NCBI GenBank assembly: GCA_965218585.1
Contig: CBDCLE010000024.1
Location: 288,001-352,000 of the forward strand
Direction: 5' to 3'
DNA from: Terriglobia bacterium
GTDB lineage: Bacteria > Acidobacteriota > Terriglobia > 20CM-2-55-15
Length of the DNA: 64,000 bases
Position numbers and translations under genes: made by a program. Positions 1 to 10,642 of the stretch are shown piece after piece (position 1 is the first letter of the stretch; each line of letters opens with the position of its first letter). Below the pieces are notes generated by a model. It ran no database searches and was not told the DNA's origin. It worked only from the letters and a program-made list of their open reading frames with translations.

Positions 1-3000
1 TGAACGTGAACGTCGGAGGTTCACTTCGTCTTCGGGTGCTGGTTCTCGACAGCACTGGGAAAGCCCGTGACGATCTGGGGGTGACATACAGCAGCCTGAG
101 CACCGGGATCGCCAGCGTCGACGGAACCGGAAGCCTCCAAGGTCTTCAGAATGGCTTTTCAACCTTGACCGTAACCGCCGGTAGCGTGATTGCTGCCGCA
201 ACCATTACCGTGACCGACGTAGAATCGGGCGTTGCGGGCTTTGATGTGCTTGGCGTCACGCAGGATGAGTCTGGAACCCTGTATCTGGCTTCGAGCGACT
301 CTCACACGATCCTGTCCGCTGCAAATCTCACACAGATTCCCCAGCTGTATGCGGGCGTGGAAGACAGTCCGGGGTTCACCAACGCCGCCCGGCTGGAATC
401 GCAGTTTGCCAATCCCGCCTACCTGTCTTTCAGTAGTGCAGAAGGAGATCTTTATGTAAGCGACGGCTCGAACCATGTCATCCGTCGCATTCGCTCCGGA
501 ACGGATGGGCAGGTCGAAACCCTCGCGGGAACGGGTGTGGCCGGAAGCGCTGATGGAGAGGCGTCCTCGTTTAGCAACCCCCAGGGCATCGCCCTCGACG
601 GTCGCGGAAACATCTGGGTTGTTGATTCGGGTAATCATACGGTCCGCCGCATCGACCTCACGACCGGAGTGGTCGAAACCCTCGCGGGATCGGCGGGTAA
701 CGCCGATCTGGTGGATGGGCTTGGTTCGGTCGCGCGATTCGATTCGCCGACTGGAATTGCACTGGAGGTCGAGTCCCTGGCCCAGCAACTGGAGAGGGAA
801 CTCAGTGGAGACCCACCGCCTCCGATACGGATGCTGGTCACTGATTCCAGCAATGGAGTGGTTCGCCGGGTCTGGGAGACGGGCCAGGTCGACACGGTGA
901 CATCGCTTGGATCCAGCTCGGCTCTTCGAACGGGCACTGCGGATTCTAAGAGTTCTGCAGAACTGGCGGCCTCAGCTCTGCAATTTTCCTCGCCAGCAGG
1001 CATTGCATCGGACACGTTCGGAAATATCTATGTCACCGAGCCCGGTCTCGATCAGGTGCAGGTGATCCTTCCCAACGGCCGGACCCAACCTCTGGCAGGG
1101 CGTAACACATTTCAGGAACCACGGGGAGTGGTCATCACGGATGACGGGAAGGTTCTTGTTTCCGACCGTCAGAGCCTGGCACGGTCCGTCGAATTCGGAG
1201 CTCCGACCATCGAAAGCATCTCGCCTCAAAGAGTCCTCAACACGGGCGGAGAAACCGTGACGATCGTCGGGACCAATTTTGCGCCAGGCACCCTGGTCCT
1301 GGTCGGCAAGGTACGGATTGAATCGACAGTGGAGAGAAGCAACCGAATCACGTTTACCGCGCCGACCGCCCTCAGCGGGATTCGGACGCTGACGATTTTG
1401 AACCGTGGGGGTGTGGCTCAAACGCCTCTCTGGGTTGACGCCGTACCACTCGGAGCGACCCCGGCGGGCAACATCACAACCGTTGCGGGTGGCAGCGACT
1501 TTGTGGGTGATGGACTAAGAGCCAGACGGGCGGCGATCAGTGTGCCTTTTGCGACGGCATGGATTCGGGGCGGTTTTCTGATCGTCGATCGAGGGAACAA
1601 CCGGATCCGTCGATACGACTTCAAGACCGGGATCATCACGACGATTGCCGGAACTGGTGATCGGGATTCGTCCGGAGACGGAGGCCCTGGTGTCGCCGCT
1701 GGCCTTCATACACCGCATGATGTCGCGGTCGACCGTTCAGGAAACGTGTTCATTGCCGAATTTGGAGGCCAGCGCATCCGGATGATCGGCGCTTCGACAG
1801 GTGTCATCTCGACCATTGCGGGAACCGGACAGCGCGGGTTTTCCGGAGACGGAGGCTCCGCGGTGGATGCCCTCATGAATCAGCCTGCAGCTCTGGCCAT
1901 CGACCGGCAGAACCGCTTGTTCGTTGCCGATTCAGCAAACAACGCTATCCGACGCATCGATCTCTCGGACGGCACGATTTCCACTGTCGCAGGTCTTGGC
2001 GCATCCGATTTTGGCGGCGACGGGGGCCCGGCCACAGAAGCAAGCCTGAATGCTCCGCGGGGAATTGCCGTCGATACATCCGGCAACCTTTTCATCGCCG
2101 ATGCCTCAAATCATCGGATCCGCCGCGTAGACGCAGTGACCGGAGTCATCACGACCATTGCGGGCACTGGCGAGGAAGGGTTCTCCGGTGACGGTAGCCG
2201 TGCGGCGGGGGCTGATTTGAACTGGCCGGGAGGGATCGCAACCGACAGAGACGGCAACGTCTTTTTCGCCGACCGTCGGAACCACCGGATTCGAAGGGTA
2301 GATGCGGAAACCGGCTTCATCTCAACCGTCGTCGGTAGCGGTACGGATGGTTTCGCAGGGGACAGTGGTTCCCCGACAGACGCGTCCCTGAGCCGGCCTG
2401 CTGGCGTTACCGTAAGTGGGAATGGTGGTTTCATTCTCATAGCCGATACGTTGAACAACAGGATCCGGCGTGTGGGTGCACGCGACGGCCTCATCCGCAC
2501 GCTGGCCGGCAATGGGGCAGCACGAATCATCGGAGACGATGCTGCGGCCACCGCAGCCGGCCTCTACGCGCCGCTGGACCTGACCTTCGACCTGTCCGGA
2601 AACCTGGTCGTTTCGGATACGTTCAATCATCGCGTCCGTTCGATTGATGCGGCCTCCAGAACTATTACCACGATAGCGGGCGGTGGAGACGAAGGGTTGC
2701 GATTCGGTAGAGGCAGCGGTGGCTACGCCGGGGATGGCGGCCCCGCGCTCGCCGCGTCGCTCGACAACCCTAGCGGGATCTTGATCGATGCAGCGGGGGA
2801 TCTCACGATTGTAGACTCCCGGAACAATCGACTCCGGAGGGTCGCTGCAGCGACAGGGAGCATTCAGACGATTGCGGGTACGGGGCAGGCAGGTGATTCC
2901 GGTGATGGGGGGCAGGCCGCTGACGCCGAGGTGTCTGCGCCCCGCCATATCGCGTCCGACAGCGCAGGGAACCTGTATTTTGCGGACACGGAGAATAACA

Positions 3001-3572
3001 GAGTGCGCCGGATCGATTCCGAGACTAGCGTCATCACGACAGTCGCGGGTAACGGGGCGAGAGGGTTCTCCGGAGACGGAGGGTTGGCCCTCGAAGCGGA
3101 GTTGGATCGGCCCCGCGGGATCGCATTCGATACAAATGACAATTTCTTTATCGCCGACGTTTTCAATCACCGAGTCCGCCGTGTGGATGCCGTGTCAGGG
3201 CTGATCACGACGGTAGCGGGGAGCGGCTCGTTCGGTCGGGGGGAAGGGGGCTTCTCCGGAGACGAAGGCTCGGCGACCGAGGCCCGGCTGAACCTTCCCA
3301 TAGACGTCGCTGTCGATGCGGCGGGAAACTTGTGGATAGCCGATTACTTCAACAACAGAGTGCGCCGGATTGGTTCTGAGACTGGAGTGATCACGACTGC
3401 TGCAGGGAGCGGCACGTTTGGGTCGAGGGGCACGTCTTCCGGTGACAATGGACCGGCGACCTCGGCCACCTTCCAGTTGCCCCTTGCCCTTACCTTCGAT
3501 TCAAACGGCAACCTTTTCATCTCAACCTCCGCTGGCCGGATCCGTGCTGTTCGCGGAATCGGCAATCAGTGA
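1..3572 (+). CDS. Large NHL-repeat surface protein with Ig-like (Big-2-like) and IPT/TIG domains; 5'-truncated by the window edge
   Basis: Frame is open at the window start. Many NHL repeats (PxGIAxDxxGNLxIADxxNHRIRRVD, TxAGxGxxGxxGDGG) and an IPT-like segment PTIESISP...GGETVTIVGTNF. Confidence 0.9.
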   Translation, partial: NVNVGGSLRLRVLVLDSTGKARDDLGVTYSSLSTGIASVDGTGSLQGLQNGFSTLTVTAGSVIAAATITVTDVESGVAGFDVLGVTQDESGTLYLASSDSHTILSAANLTQIPQLYAGVEDSPGFTNAARLESQFANPAYLSFSSAEGDLYVSDGSNHVIRRIRSGTDGQVETLAGTGVAGSADGEASSFSNPQGIALDGRGNIWVVDSGNHTVRRIDLTTGVVETLAGSAGNADLVDGLGSVARFDSPTGIALEVESLAQQLERELSGDPPPPIRMLVTDSSNGVVRRVWETGQVDTVTSLGSSSALRTGTADSKSSAELAASALQFSSPAGIASDTFGNIYVTEPGLDQVQVILPNGRTQPLAGRNTFQEPRGVVITDDGKVLVSDRQSLARSVEFGAPTIESISPQRVLNTGGETVTIVGTNFAPGTLVLVGKVRIESTVERSNRITFTAPTALSGIRTLTILNRGGVAQTPLWVDAVPLGATPAGNITTVAGGSDFVGDGLRARRAAISVPFATAWIRGGFLIVDRGNNRIRRYDFKTGIITTIAGTGDRDSSGDGGPGVAAGLHTPHDVAVDRSGNVFIAEFGGQRIRMIGASTGVISTIAGTGQRGFSGDGGSAVDALMNQPAALAIDRQNRLFVADSANNAIRRIDLSDGTISTVAGLGASDFGGDGGPATEASLNAPRGIAVDTSGNLFIADASNHRIRRVDAVTGVITTIAGTGEEGFSGDGSRAAGADLNWPGGIATDRDGNVFFADRRNHRIRRVDAETGFISTVVGSGTDGFAGDSGSPTDASLSRPAGVTVSGNGGFILIADTLNNRIRRVGARDGLIRTLAGNGAARIIGDDAAATAAGLYAPLDLTFDLSGNLVVSDTFNHRVRSIDAASRTITTIAGGGDEGLRFGRGSGGYAGDGGPALAASLDNPSGILIDAAGDLTIVDSRNNRLRRVAAATGSIQTIAGTGQAGDSGDGGQAADAEVSAPRHIASDSAGNLYFADTENNRVRRIDSETSVITTVAGNGARGFSGDGGLALEAELDRPRGIAFDTNDNFFIADVFNHRVRRVDAVSGLITTVAGSGSFGRGEGGFSGDEGSATEARLNLPIDVAVDAAGNLWIADYFNNRVRRIGSETGVITTAAGSGTFGSRGTSSGDNGPATSATFQLPLALTFDSNGNLFISTSAGRIRAVRGIGNQ

Positions 3573-3575
3573 CTG

Positions 3576-4871
3576 CTAATCGGAGACTGTAGATTTCTTT
3601 CGAGAGGCGAAATAGATCAGGAGTCCGATCGCCGCGGCAATCCCTGCATCTCTGGCCTGCACGAGGGTGCTGTTGGTCAGAAGCCACGCGACCAATAACA
3701 GAGACACGATCGCAACCACGATTCCCATGGGGGCGATGAACTCTGCGGCGGGAGAACCTTCCCGGCGGCGCAGCACCGGCAAAGCTGCGCATGTGGAAGC
3801 ATAGGCGAGCAGTCTTGCGATGACGCTGATCGTTGCCGCATAGACGAAGGTTCCCGTCAGCGTGAGGACGAGAACGATCAGGCCCGTAAAATAGATGGCG
3901 ACGTGAGGTGTGTGGAACCTCGCGTGTGTCTTTCCAACGATTCCGGGAAGCTCACCGCGTTCGGCCATCGCGAACGGCAGGCGCGGCGTGACCATCAGCG
4001 TGACGTTCAGATTTCCGAGAATCGAAACCAAGGCTCCCGCTGAAATGATCGCCGCGCCCATCGAACCCAGGAAACGGCCTCCGGCGTCGGCTAAGGGCCG
4101 CGTCGAAGCAGCCAGGCCGGGGAGTGTTCCGATTGAGACGACCTGGATCAGAACATAGAAGACCGTTACGACGGCAATGGACGTCAGGAGGGCCCAGGGT
4201 AGATCCCGCCTTGGGTCGCGAGCCTCACCGCTCGGTATGGCCGCCATTTCAAATCCCGTAAACGCATAGACGAGCAGGAGAACCGAGACCGAGAAATCTC
4301 CAAGCTCGGGTTGCGCCCCTAACGCGTAGTTGTTGGAGTCGATAAAGAACAGGCCGATCACTACGAACAAGACGAGCGGTATGAGCTTTGCGATCGTCAA
4401 CCCGTTGGTCAAGACTGTGGCATCGCGGACGCCAACAACATTGATAGCCGTGAGGCCTGTGACAATGGCAGTGATCGCTATGGCGCGCGCGGCTCCGGTT
4501 TCGACCGATGGAACGAAGAATCCGAAATACGCGATGAGGAGGTTGCAATTGGCGGCAAAAGCGGTGATCCGTGCAATCCACATCAGCCAGCCGACCTCGA
4601 AACCCACGACCGGCCCGAAAGCCTCACGCGCGTAGAGATAAGGCCCGCCAGTTTCGCTGTAGCGGCTGCTGACCTCCGCGAAACAGAGGATGATCAGAGT
4701 GACCAGGAAGGCGCATAAAAGGAACGCGAAAAGGCTGTAGACACCGACAAGAGCGAACACGGCGGACGGCAGTCCGAATATCCCGGCCCCGATGATGGAG
4801 TTCAGGACGACGGCCCCGAGGTCCCACCTCCTGATGACGCGAACGAGTCCTTCTCGTGTCGTCTCTGCCAT
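3576..4871 (-). CDS. APC-family amino acid permease
   Basis: NSIIGAGIFGLP, ETGGPYLYAREAFG and YAFTGFE motifs; about 12 hydrophobic segments. Confidence 0.9.
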   Translation of the reverse strand: MAETTREGLVRVIRRWDLGAVVLNSIIGAGIFGLPSAVFALVGVYSLFAFLLCAFLVTLIILCFAEVSSRYSETGGPYLYAREAFGPVVGFEVGWLMWIARITAFAANCNLLIAYFGFFVPSVETGAARAIAITAIVTGLTAINVVGVRDATVLTNGLTIAKLIPLVLFVVIGLFFIDSNNYALGAQPELGDFSVSVLLLVYAFTGFEMAAIPSGEARDPRRDLPWALLTSIAVVTVFYVLIQVVSIGTLPGLAASTRPLADAGGRFLGSMGAAIISAGALVSILGNLNVTLMVTPRLPFAMAERGELPGIVGKTHARFHTPHVAIYFTGLIVLVLTLTGTFVYAATISVIARLLAYASTCAALPVLRRREGSPAAEFIAPMGIVVAIVSLLLVAWLLTNSTLVQARDAGIAAAIGLLIYFASRKKSTVSD

Positions 4872-4897
4872 GGGTTTCGTGTAGTTCGGGATTCGAG

Positions 4898-6496
4898 TTA
4901 CTCGACGAAACCCGGGCCGTGTAGCACCTGGCCGGGACGGGCTCCAGTGTGCGTACCCTCATCGACGACGACGGTCCCGTTGACTAAGACGAACCGCATG
5001 CCTATGGCGTACTGGTTGGGATCTTCAAAAGTTGCGAGATCCCTAATGTTCTCGGCGTCGAAGACGGCAATGTCGGCGTAGAAACCCTCCCTGAGAACAC
5101 CACGATCGCGAATGCCAAGCCGCTGCGCAGTTGCGCCGCTCATCTTTCGGATTGCGTCTTCCAGGGTGAGGATCCCGCGCTCCCGCACGTATTCTCCGAG
5201 GACCCTGGCGAACGTCCCGTATTGCCGGGGATGGGGTGCGCCGGTTCCGAAAACTGAGATCGGTCCGTCCGACCCAATAGCCGTTGCCGGGTGCTGCATG
5301 ATGCGCTCAACGTCTTCTTCGGACATGGCGTGAAAGACAGCAGTTGCACCACCTCCGCGAATGATGTCCATGATGACGTCTGCAGCGTTTTCAGGTGTGG
5401 GTTCCAGGCCGCGTTCGATGGCGATCTCGGCCAGGTTCTTTCCTTCAATCGACCGATCCCACGAGCACAGGGAAATGGACACGTTGGCGGGATCGCCCCC
5501 GCCCCGGTCGTAGAGGATCCGGTCCACGATACCGGCCTTTATTTCGGCCCGGATCTCGGGATCGCCGAAACGTTCGATCAGAGCTTCGGTGCCGCCTTCC
5601 TGCGCCCATTGAGGCACGATCGAGTTGATTCCACTCTGTGCGGCGGTATAGGGGTATTGATCCAGCGTGATGTCGACACCGCGTGCTCGCGCGGCGTCGA
5701 CCAGCGCGAGAGAGTCCACGCTATCGCCCCAATTGGCGCTACCCACTACCTTGTGGTGTGTGATCTGTACGGGAAGTCCGGCCTCTTCTCCGATTTGGAT
5801 GGTTTCGTTGACCGAATCGAGGAGTCCGGTGACTTCGTCACGCATGTGGGAGATATAGATGCCGCCATAGCCGGCGACGATGCTCGAGAGGTCGACGATT
5901 TCTTCGGTGGGCGTAAAGTTCCCGGGAACGTAGAGGAGCCCAGTTGAAATCCCAAGCGCGCCGTGTTCCATGGCTTCGGCGACGAGTTCCCGCATGCGCT
6001 CCATTTCTTCGGAGTTCGCCGGACGGTTCTCGGTTCCCATTACGGTTGAACGAATCGTTCCTTGCCCGATATAGACAGCCCAATTCGGGCTGATGCCGGT
6101 GGATTCGATCCTTTCGAGATGATCGTCGATGGGGTAGGGCGAAGATCCGTCGTTTCCTTCCGTCAGCGTGGTGACGCCCTGGAGCAAGGCACTCTCGGCT
6201 CCGGGGACGTCAAAGATTCCCCGAATGGCGTGAGTATGGGGATCGATGAAACCCGGGGCGACGATCAGTTCCGTCGCATCAATAATGCGATCGGCACTGG
6301 CGTCCTCGAGGTTTCCGATCTGAACGATCCTCTGGTCCCGGATGCCGACGTCGGCCCCGAACCAGGGATTGCCGGTACCGTCGATGATGCGGCCTCCGCG
6401 GATAACGACGTCGAACGTGTCCTGTGCTGCTGCGTCATTTATTGAAAGACCCGCTATGAGAACGATTGGTAAGAAGCTATATAGCAGACGGCGCAT
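4898..6496 (-). CDS. N-acyl-D-amino-acid deacylase (D-aminoacylase), secreted
   Basis: APGFIDPHTH, YISHMRDE, DQYPY, IGSDG and PHPRQYGTF motifs. Start moved to MRRLLY (ATG 6496), which gives a signal peptide. Confidence 0.9.
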   Translation of the reverse strand: MRRLLYSFLPIVLIAGLSINDAAAQDTFDVVIRGGRIIDGTGNPWFGADVGIRDQRIVQIGNLEDASADRIIDATELIVAPGFIDPHTHAIRGIFDVPGAESALLQGVTTLTEGNDGSSPYPIDDHLERIESTGISPNWAVYIGQGTIRSTVMGTENRPANSEEMERMRELVAEAMEHGALGISTGLLYVPGNFTPTEEIVDLSSIVAGYGGIYISHMRDEVTGLLDSVNETIQIGEEAGLPVQITHHKVVGSANWGDSVDSLALVDAARARGVDITLDQYPYTAAQSGINSIVPQWAQEGGTEALIERFGDPEIRAEIKAGIVDRILYDRGGGDPANVSISLCSWDRSIEGKNLAEIAIERGLEPTPENAADVIMDIIRGGGATAVFHAMSEEDVERIMQHPATAIGSDGPISVFGTGAPHPRQYGTFARVLGEYVRERGILTLEDAIRKMSGATAQRLGIRDRGVLREGFYADIAVFDAENIRDLATFEDPNQYAIGMRFVLVNGTVVVDEGTHTGARPGQVLHGPGFVE

Positions 6497-6813
6497 GGAT
6501 TCTCCCCTTTGAGTGTCCGGTGTGAAAGACATGATCGTTGAAGATGGGTGCGTCCGCAATAGGAAAGGCGTGACGAGAAGATTGCGAAGAGGGATTGCGC
6601 TCCCTCGTTCAGACGGCCATCCTGGCCGGGTCTTCCATGTGAAGAGGGGCGCAGCTCGCGATCATCCCGATCGCAAGCCCTTTTGGAGCGGCCCGCAAGT
6701 TCCAGGCATGTCCGGAAGGATCTGCGAATCACGATTGCGCACTGGCCCCGAGTTGTATATAAAGAGCCCGAATCCCAATGTTCTCGAGGCCGGCCGGCTG
6801 TTAGGAGAAATCG

Positions 6814-7806
6814 ATGCGTAGATACGTGAGTGTTCTGGCGTTTTCCTTCGTGTGTGTCGTGGGCGGTGCCGTCGTTACCGCATCCGGGCAGGGACAAACT
6901 CCTGCGGCCGGCGACTCGCCCCCTGCATGGGCGTACCCGGTTAATCCGGGAGGCGGGCAGCGGGCCGAAGACGATGGCACACCCCTCAGTGTCCCAGGGA
7001 GTGATGTTCAGATGACGTTGGATGAAACCCGGAATCTGTTCGCTCCTCCGGACTGGCATCCGGGAGGACATCCTGCGATGCCCGAGATTGTGTCCAATGG
7101 ACGGAATCCGGAGGTCCGCGCCTGCGGCTATTGTCATTTGCCGAACGGGCAGGGGCGCCCTGAGAATTCCGGGATTGTCGGTCTTCCCGCACAGTACATC
7201 ATCCAGCAGATGGCCGATTACAAGGCCGGGCTTCGCAGGAGTTCTGAGTCGGCAATGGGACCACCCAGGGCGATGTTGGCGATTGGCGAAGCGGCTAGCG
7301 ATGAGGAGATATCTGCCGCTGCTGAGTACTTTGCAAGCTTTAACTTCAAGCCATGGATTAGAGTAGTCGAGGCCGACCGAGTCCCCCAGTTGCATGTGGC
7401 TGGAGCGATGTACGCCGCAGTAGAAGACGGAGGCACGGAGCCGATCGGACAGCGGATAGTAGAGATTCCCGAGAATCTGGGTCGGACTGAACTCCGAGAC
7501 GACAGTTCGGGGTTCGTTGCGTATGTGCCTGTGGGTAGCATCGCCCGGGGTGAGGAACTGGTGACGACCGGAGGCGGGGGGCGCACTGTTCAATGTGCGG
7601 TCTGCCATGGCCCGGATCTCAAGGGTTTGGGGCCTGTGCCTCCCCTGGCGGGCCGGTCGCCCAGCTACGCGGCCCGGCAGCTCTACGATTTCCAGACTGG
7701 TGCGCGAAGGGGCGCGTGGTCTGATCTGATGCAGGACGTCGTGGCCGACCTGACATTGGACGACATCGTCGCGATCGGGGCGTACACGGCCTCTCTTGAG
7801 CCATAG
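6814..7806 (+). CDS. Periplasmic diheme c-type cytochrome (c4/c553-like)
   Basis: Signal peptide, two CxxCH motifs (CGYCH, CAVCH), and PxLAG/YxxxQLxDF patterns with downstream Met ligands. Confidence 0.88.
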   Translation: MRRYVSVLAFSFVCVVGGAVVTASGQGQTPAAGDSPPAWAYPVNPGGGQRAEDDGTPLSVPGSDVQMTLDETRNLFAPPDWHPGGHPAMPEIVSNGRNPEVRACGYCHLPNGQGRPENSGIVGLPAQYIIQQMADYKAGLRRSSESAMGPPRAMLAIGEAASDEEISAAAEYFASFNFKPWIRVVEADRVPQLHVAGAMYAAVEDGGTEPIGQRIVEIPENLGRTELRDDSSGFVAYVPVGSIARGEELVTTGGGGRTVQCAVCHGPDLKGLGPVPPLAGRSPSYAARQLYDFQTGARRGAWSDLMQDVVADLTLDDIVAIGAYTASLEP

Positions 7807-7814
7807 TGGATTGA

Positions 7815-8727
7815 ATGAGTACTACCGGTAAGACAGATTCCAGGTCCGCTGAACCTGTTTCGGGTACGGTGGAGTTAGTCATTGCGGCCCGTCAGCGAGG
7901 AGTAGATGGCTTCGGGGTCCGGCGCATCCTTCCTTCGAGGAAACGTCGAAGGGTCGGTCCATTCACTTTTCTGGATCACATGGGACCACATTCCCTGGGA
8001 CCGGGACTGGGAATAGATGTCCCCCCGCACCCTCACATCAACCTCGCAACGGTTACATATCTTTTTGAAGGGGAACTCGTTCACAGGGACAGCCTGGGAT
8101 TTACTCAGACGATCTGTCCGGGAGACATCAACTGGATGCATGCCGGTTCCGGTATCGTCCATTCCGAGCGAACTGGTCCCGAGTTGCATGCAGCCCAGAC
8201 CCGCATAGAGGGCATTCAACTTTGGGTGGCCCTTCCAAAGGCAGAGGAGGAAACGCTCCCCGAGTTCGGTCACTATCCCGAAGACACGCTGCCGCTATGG
8301 GAAGGCCCGGGCCTCAAGGCGCGGATTCTTGCCGGAACAGCCTTCGGGCTCCGATCACCGGTGAAGACTACCTCAAACACCCTATACGTTGACGCTGCAC
8401 TGGAGTCGGGCGGGGAACTGTCTGTTCCCGATGCCGAGGAACGCGCGGTATATGTGGCCAGCGGAAGTGTTTCTGTGAATGGCGATCAATTCGAAGAAGC
8501 CCAGATGCTTGTTTTGCGGCCGGACTCTGAGGCTGTTCTTACAGCGAACGAGGCCTGTCGGCTCCTTGTGCTGGGAGGCGATGCGATCGACGGCGAGCGT
8601 TACATGTTGGAACTTCGTGTCCAGCTCAAAGGAGCGGATCGAAGCCGCAAAACAGAACTGGCGGGAAAATCGTTTTCCCCTGGTTCCGGGAGACGAATCC
8701 GAACGCACACCCCTCCCGGATAAATAA
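7815..8727 (+). CDS. Pirin family protein with a frameshift near 8607
   Basis: [33 protein letters not shown]. The conserved C-terminus [18 protein letters not shown]...F continues in another frame to 8727. Confidence 0.85.
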
Positions 8728-8736
8728 GGGTTAAAT

Positions 8737-8815
8737 AGGGGTCAGAGCCCTAAATTCCCAATTTTTTACCGGAATAACTGTAGGGACAAATAGGGGAAAT
8801 AGGGCTCTGACCCCT
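8737..8815. repeat. GGGGTCAG-type REP-like inverted repeat
   Basis: Perfect 16-bp IR: AGGGGTCAGAGCCCTA (8737-8752) and TAGGGCTCTGACCCCT (8800-8815), with an AT-rich spacer. Confidence 0.75.
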
Positions 8816-8831
8816 TTTTTGGGGGAAGGGT

Positions 8832-9449
8832 ATGGGTGGCAGTTCAGCAGACGCCGATATGATTCGGGGTATCGTCGACAAGTGGGTGATCTACAGTGAC
8901 GGTGGTGACTGGGAGCGCTTTGCCGAGCTGTGGCACGACGACGGCTGGATGTCGGCCACCTGGTTTCAGGCCCCTGCCAGTGACTTCGTAAAGGCCCGGC
9001 GCGAGGGTTGGGAGAAGGGCGTCAGCATCATTCATTTCCTCGGAGCCCATACGTCTGACATCGACGGTGATCGCGCGATCGCGCAGACGAAGATGACGAT
9101 CAGCCAGCGCGCCCCCGTTCATGAAGTGATGTGCGACGTTGTCTGTACCGGGCGTTTCTACGATTTCTTCGAGAAGCGGGAGGGCCGGTGGGGGCTGGTC
9201 CGCCGTCAGCCGATCTATGAAAAGGACCGCATGGATCCTGTCGATCCTGGCGCCACATTGAATCTCGACCCGGCGATTCTTGAGAGATTTCCGGACGGGT
9301 ACAAGCATCTGGCTTACCTGCAGACCGAGGTCGGCTACAAGGTCAAAGTGGGTGGAATGCCCGGTCTGAAGGGTCCGGAAGTCGAGAGGTTATACCAGGA
9401 AGGTGCCGCAAGGCTGGCGGGGTCCCCAACGCCCGGTAAGCCCGGATAG
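8832..9449 (+). CDS. SnoaL/NTF2-like family protein
   Basis: DxGDWERFAELWHDDG, HFLG, DGDRAIA and GRFYDFFEKREGRW patterns typical of the SnoaL_4-like fold. Confidence 0.8.
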   Translation: MGGSSADADMIRGIVDKWVIYSDGGDWERFAELWHDDGWMSATWFQAPASDFVKARREGWEKGVSIIHFLGAHTSDIDGDRAIAQTKMTISQRAPVHEVMCDVVCTGRFYDFFEKREGRWGLVRRQPIYEKDRMDPVDPGATLNLDPAILERFPDGYKHLAYLQTEVGYKVKVGGMPGLKGPEVERLYQEGAARLAGSPTPGKPG

Positions 9450-9491
9450 GCAACAGGGGAGCCACTCGAGGGTGGTAAGATTATCGCTACG

Positions 9492-9734
9492 ATGAAAACC
9501 CTGGAACGCTGTCTTGAAGAGACCGGGATGAGTGTTGAGGCACTCGTAGAAGAATCGGGACTCGATCGAAGAGATGTGAAGGCCATAGTGGCCGGCAACT
9601 ACACGCCGAGTCCCTCACAGCGGAAGCGTCTCGCCGTTGCTATCGGAGTTTCCGCCGACAGGATTGACTGGGGACATGCCGTCGAGGTCCAGCACCTCTG
9701 GGGCCACGGGCCACAATTTGGACGCACGCCCTGA
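9492..9734 (+). CDS. Small XRE-type helix-turn-helix protein
   Basis: GMSVEALVEESGL...YTPSPSQRKRLAVAIGVS pattern. Confidence 0.7.
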   Translation: MKTLERCLEETGMSVEALVEESGLDRRDVKAIVAGNYTPSPSQRKRLAVAIGVSADRIDWGHAVEVQHLWGHGPQFGRTP

Positions 9735-9765
9735 AAGTTTGAAAGGAACAATTCGAGAGGAACAA

Positions 9766-10572
9766 ATGGAGAACAGAATCTTGAAATTACGTCACCTAGG
9801 ACTGGCCCTGGCTGCAGGCACGATGCTGCTTGCGACAGGCACAACCGCTTGGGCCCAGCGCGGGCGCGGCGGGCCTGCCGGCCCACCTCCGCCTGCCCAG
9901 CAGGCGGCTCCGTATGATCTGACCGGTACCTGGGTGTCTATCGTCACAGAGGATTGGCGGTGGCGTATGGTGACACCCCCCAAAGGCGAATACTCCAGCT
10001 TGCCGATAAATCAGGCCGCCCGCGACTTTGCTGATAACTGGGATATGGACGCCGATGCACGAAACGGCGTGGAATGCCGCCCGTTCGGGGCGGGAGGCAT
10101 CATGCGCGTTCCGGGCAGGGTCCAGATCTCATGGGAAGACGACGAAACTCTCCGGATTGACACGGACGCAGGAAGCCAAACCCGATTGTTCCATTTCAGT
10201 GATTTTGACAGGGCCACCGAGCCCACCTGGCAAGGCAACGCGGTAGCGGAGTGGGTGATGGTCGGTGGTGGACGCGGCCGACCGCCAACGGGCGGGAGCC
10301 TCAAGGTCGTGACGACCGGTATGGAACTGGGTTACGTGCGCTGGAACGGCGTGCCTTACAGCGAAGACGCTGTAGTCACTGAGTACTTCGACAATTTCGT
10401 CGCATTCGACCAGGAATGGTTCACCGTGACCACCGTCATCGACGATCCCACGTATTTCAACGGTTCCTTCATCGTGAGCTCGGACTTTCGGAAGGAGGAG
10501 GACGATGCCGGCTGGAATCCGACGACTTGCATGACCGAGCCCATGCAAGTCCCCACAAATCCGCTGGGCTGA
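9766..10572 (+). CDS. Secreted uncharacterised protein, DxxGxW large-partner family (copy 1)
   Basis: RBS GAGG then ATG 9766; signal peptide ending AWA. Motifs DLTGTW, ECRP, TWQGNAVAEW, LKVVTT, TEYF, IDDPTY and a C-terminal Cys. Confidence 0.8.
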   Translation: MENRILKLRHLGLALAAGTMLLATGTTAWAQRGRGGPAGPPPPAQQAAPYDLTGTWVSIVTEDWRWRMVTPPKGEYSSLPINQAARDFADNWDMDADARNGVECRPFGAGGIMRVPGRVQISWEDDETLRIDTDAGSQTRLFHFSDFDRATEPTWQGNAVAEWVMVGGGRGRPPTGGSLKVVTTGMELGYVRWNGVPYSEDAVVTEYFDNFVAFDQEWFTVTTVIDDPTYFNGSFIVSSDFRKEEDDAGWNPTTCMTEPMQVPTNPLG

Positions 10573-10573
10573 A

Positions 10574-10632
10574 AATAAAAAAGGGGACAGTGAGCTAATT
10601 CTAAGAATTAGCTCACTGTCCCCTTTTTTATT
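10574..10632. repeat. Perfect 29-bp palindrome (GGGGACAG REP-like) between convergent genes; may act as a bidirectional terminator
   Basis: AATAAAAAAGGGGACAGTGAGCTAATTCT - A - AGAATTAGCTCACTGTCCCCTTTTTTATT. Confidence 0.85.
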
Positions 10633-10642
10633 CCCCTTTTTC

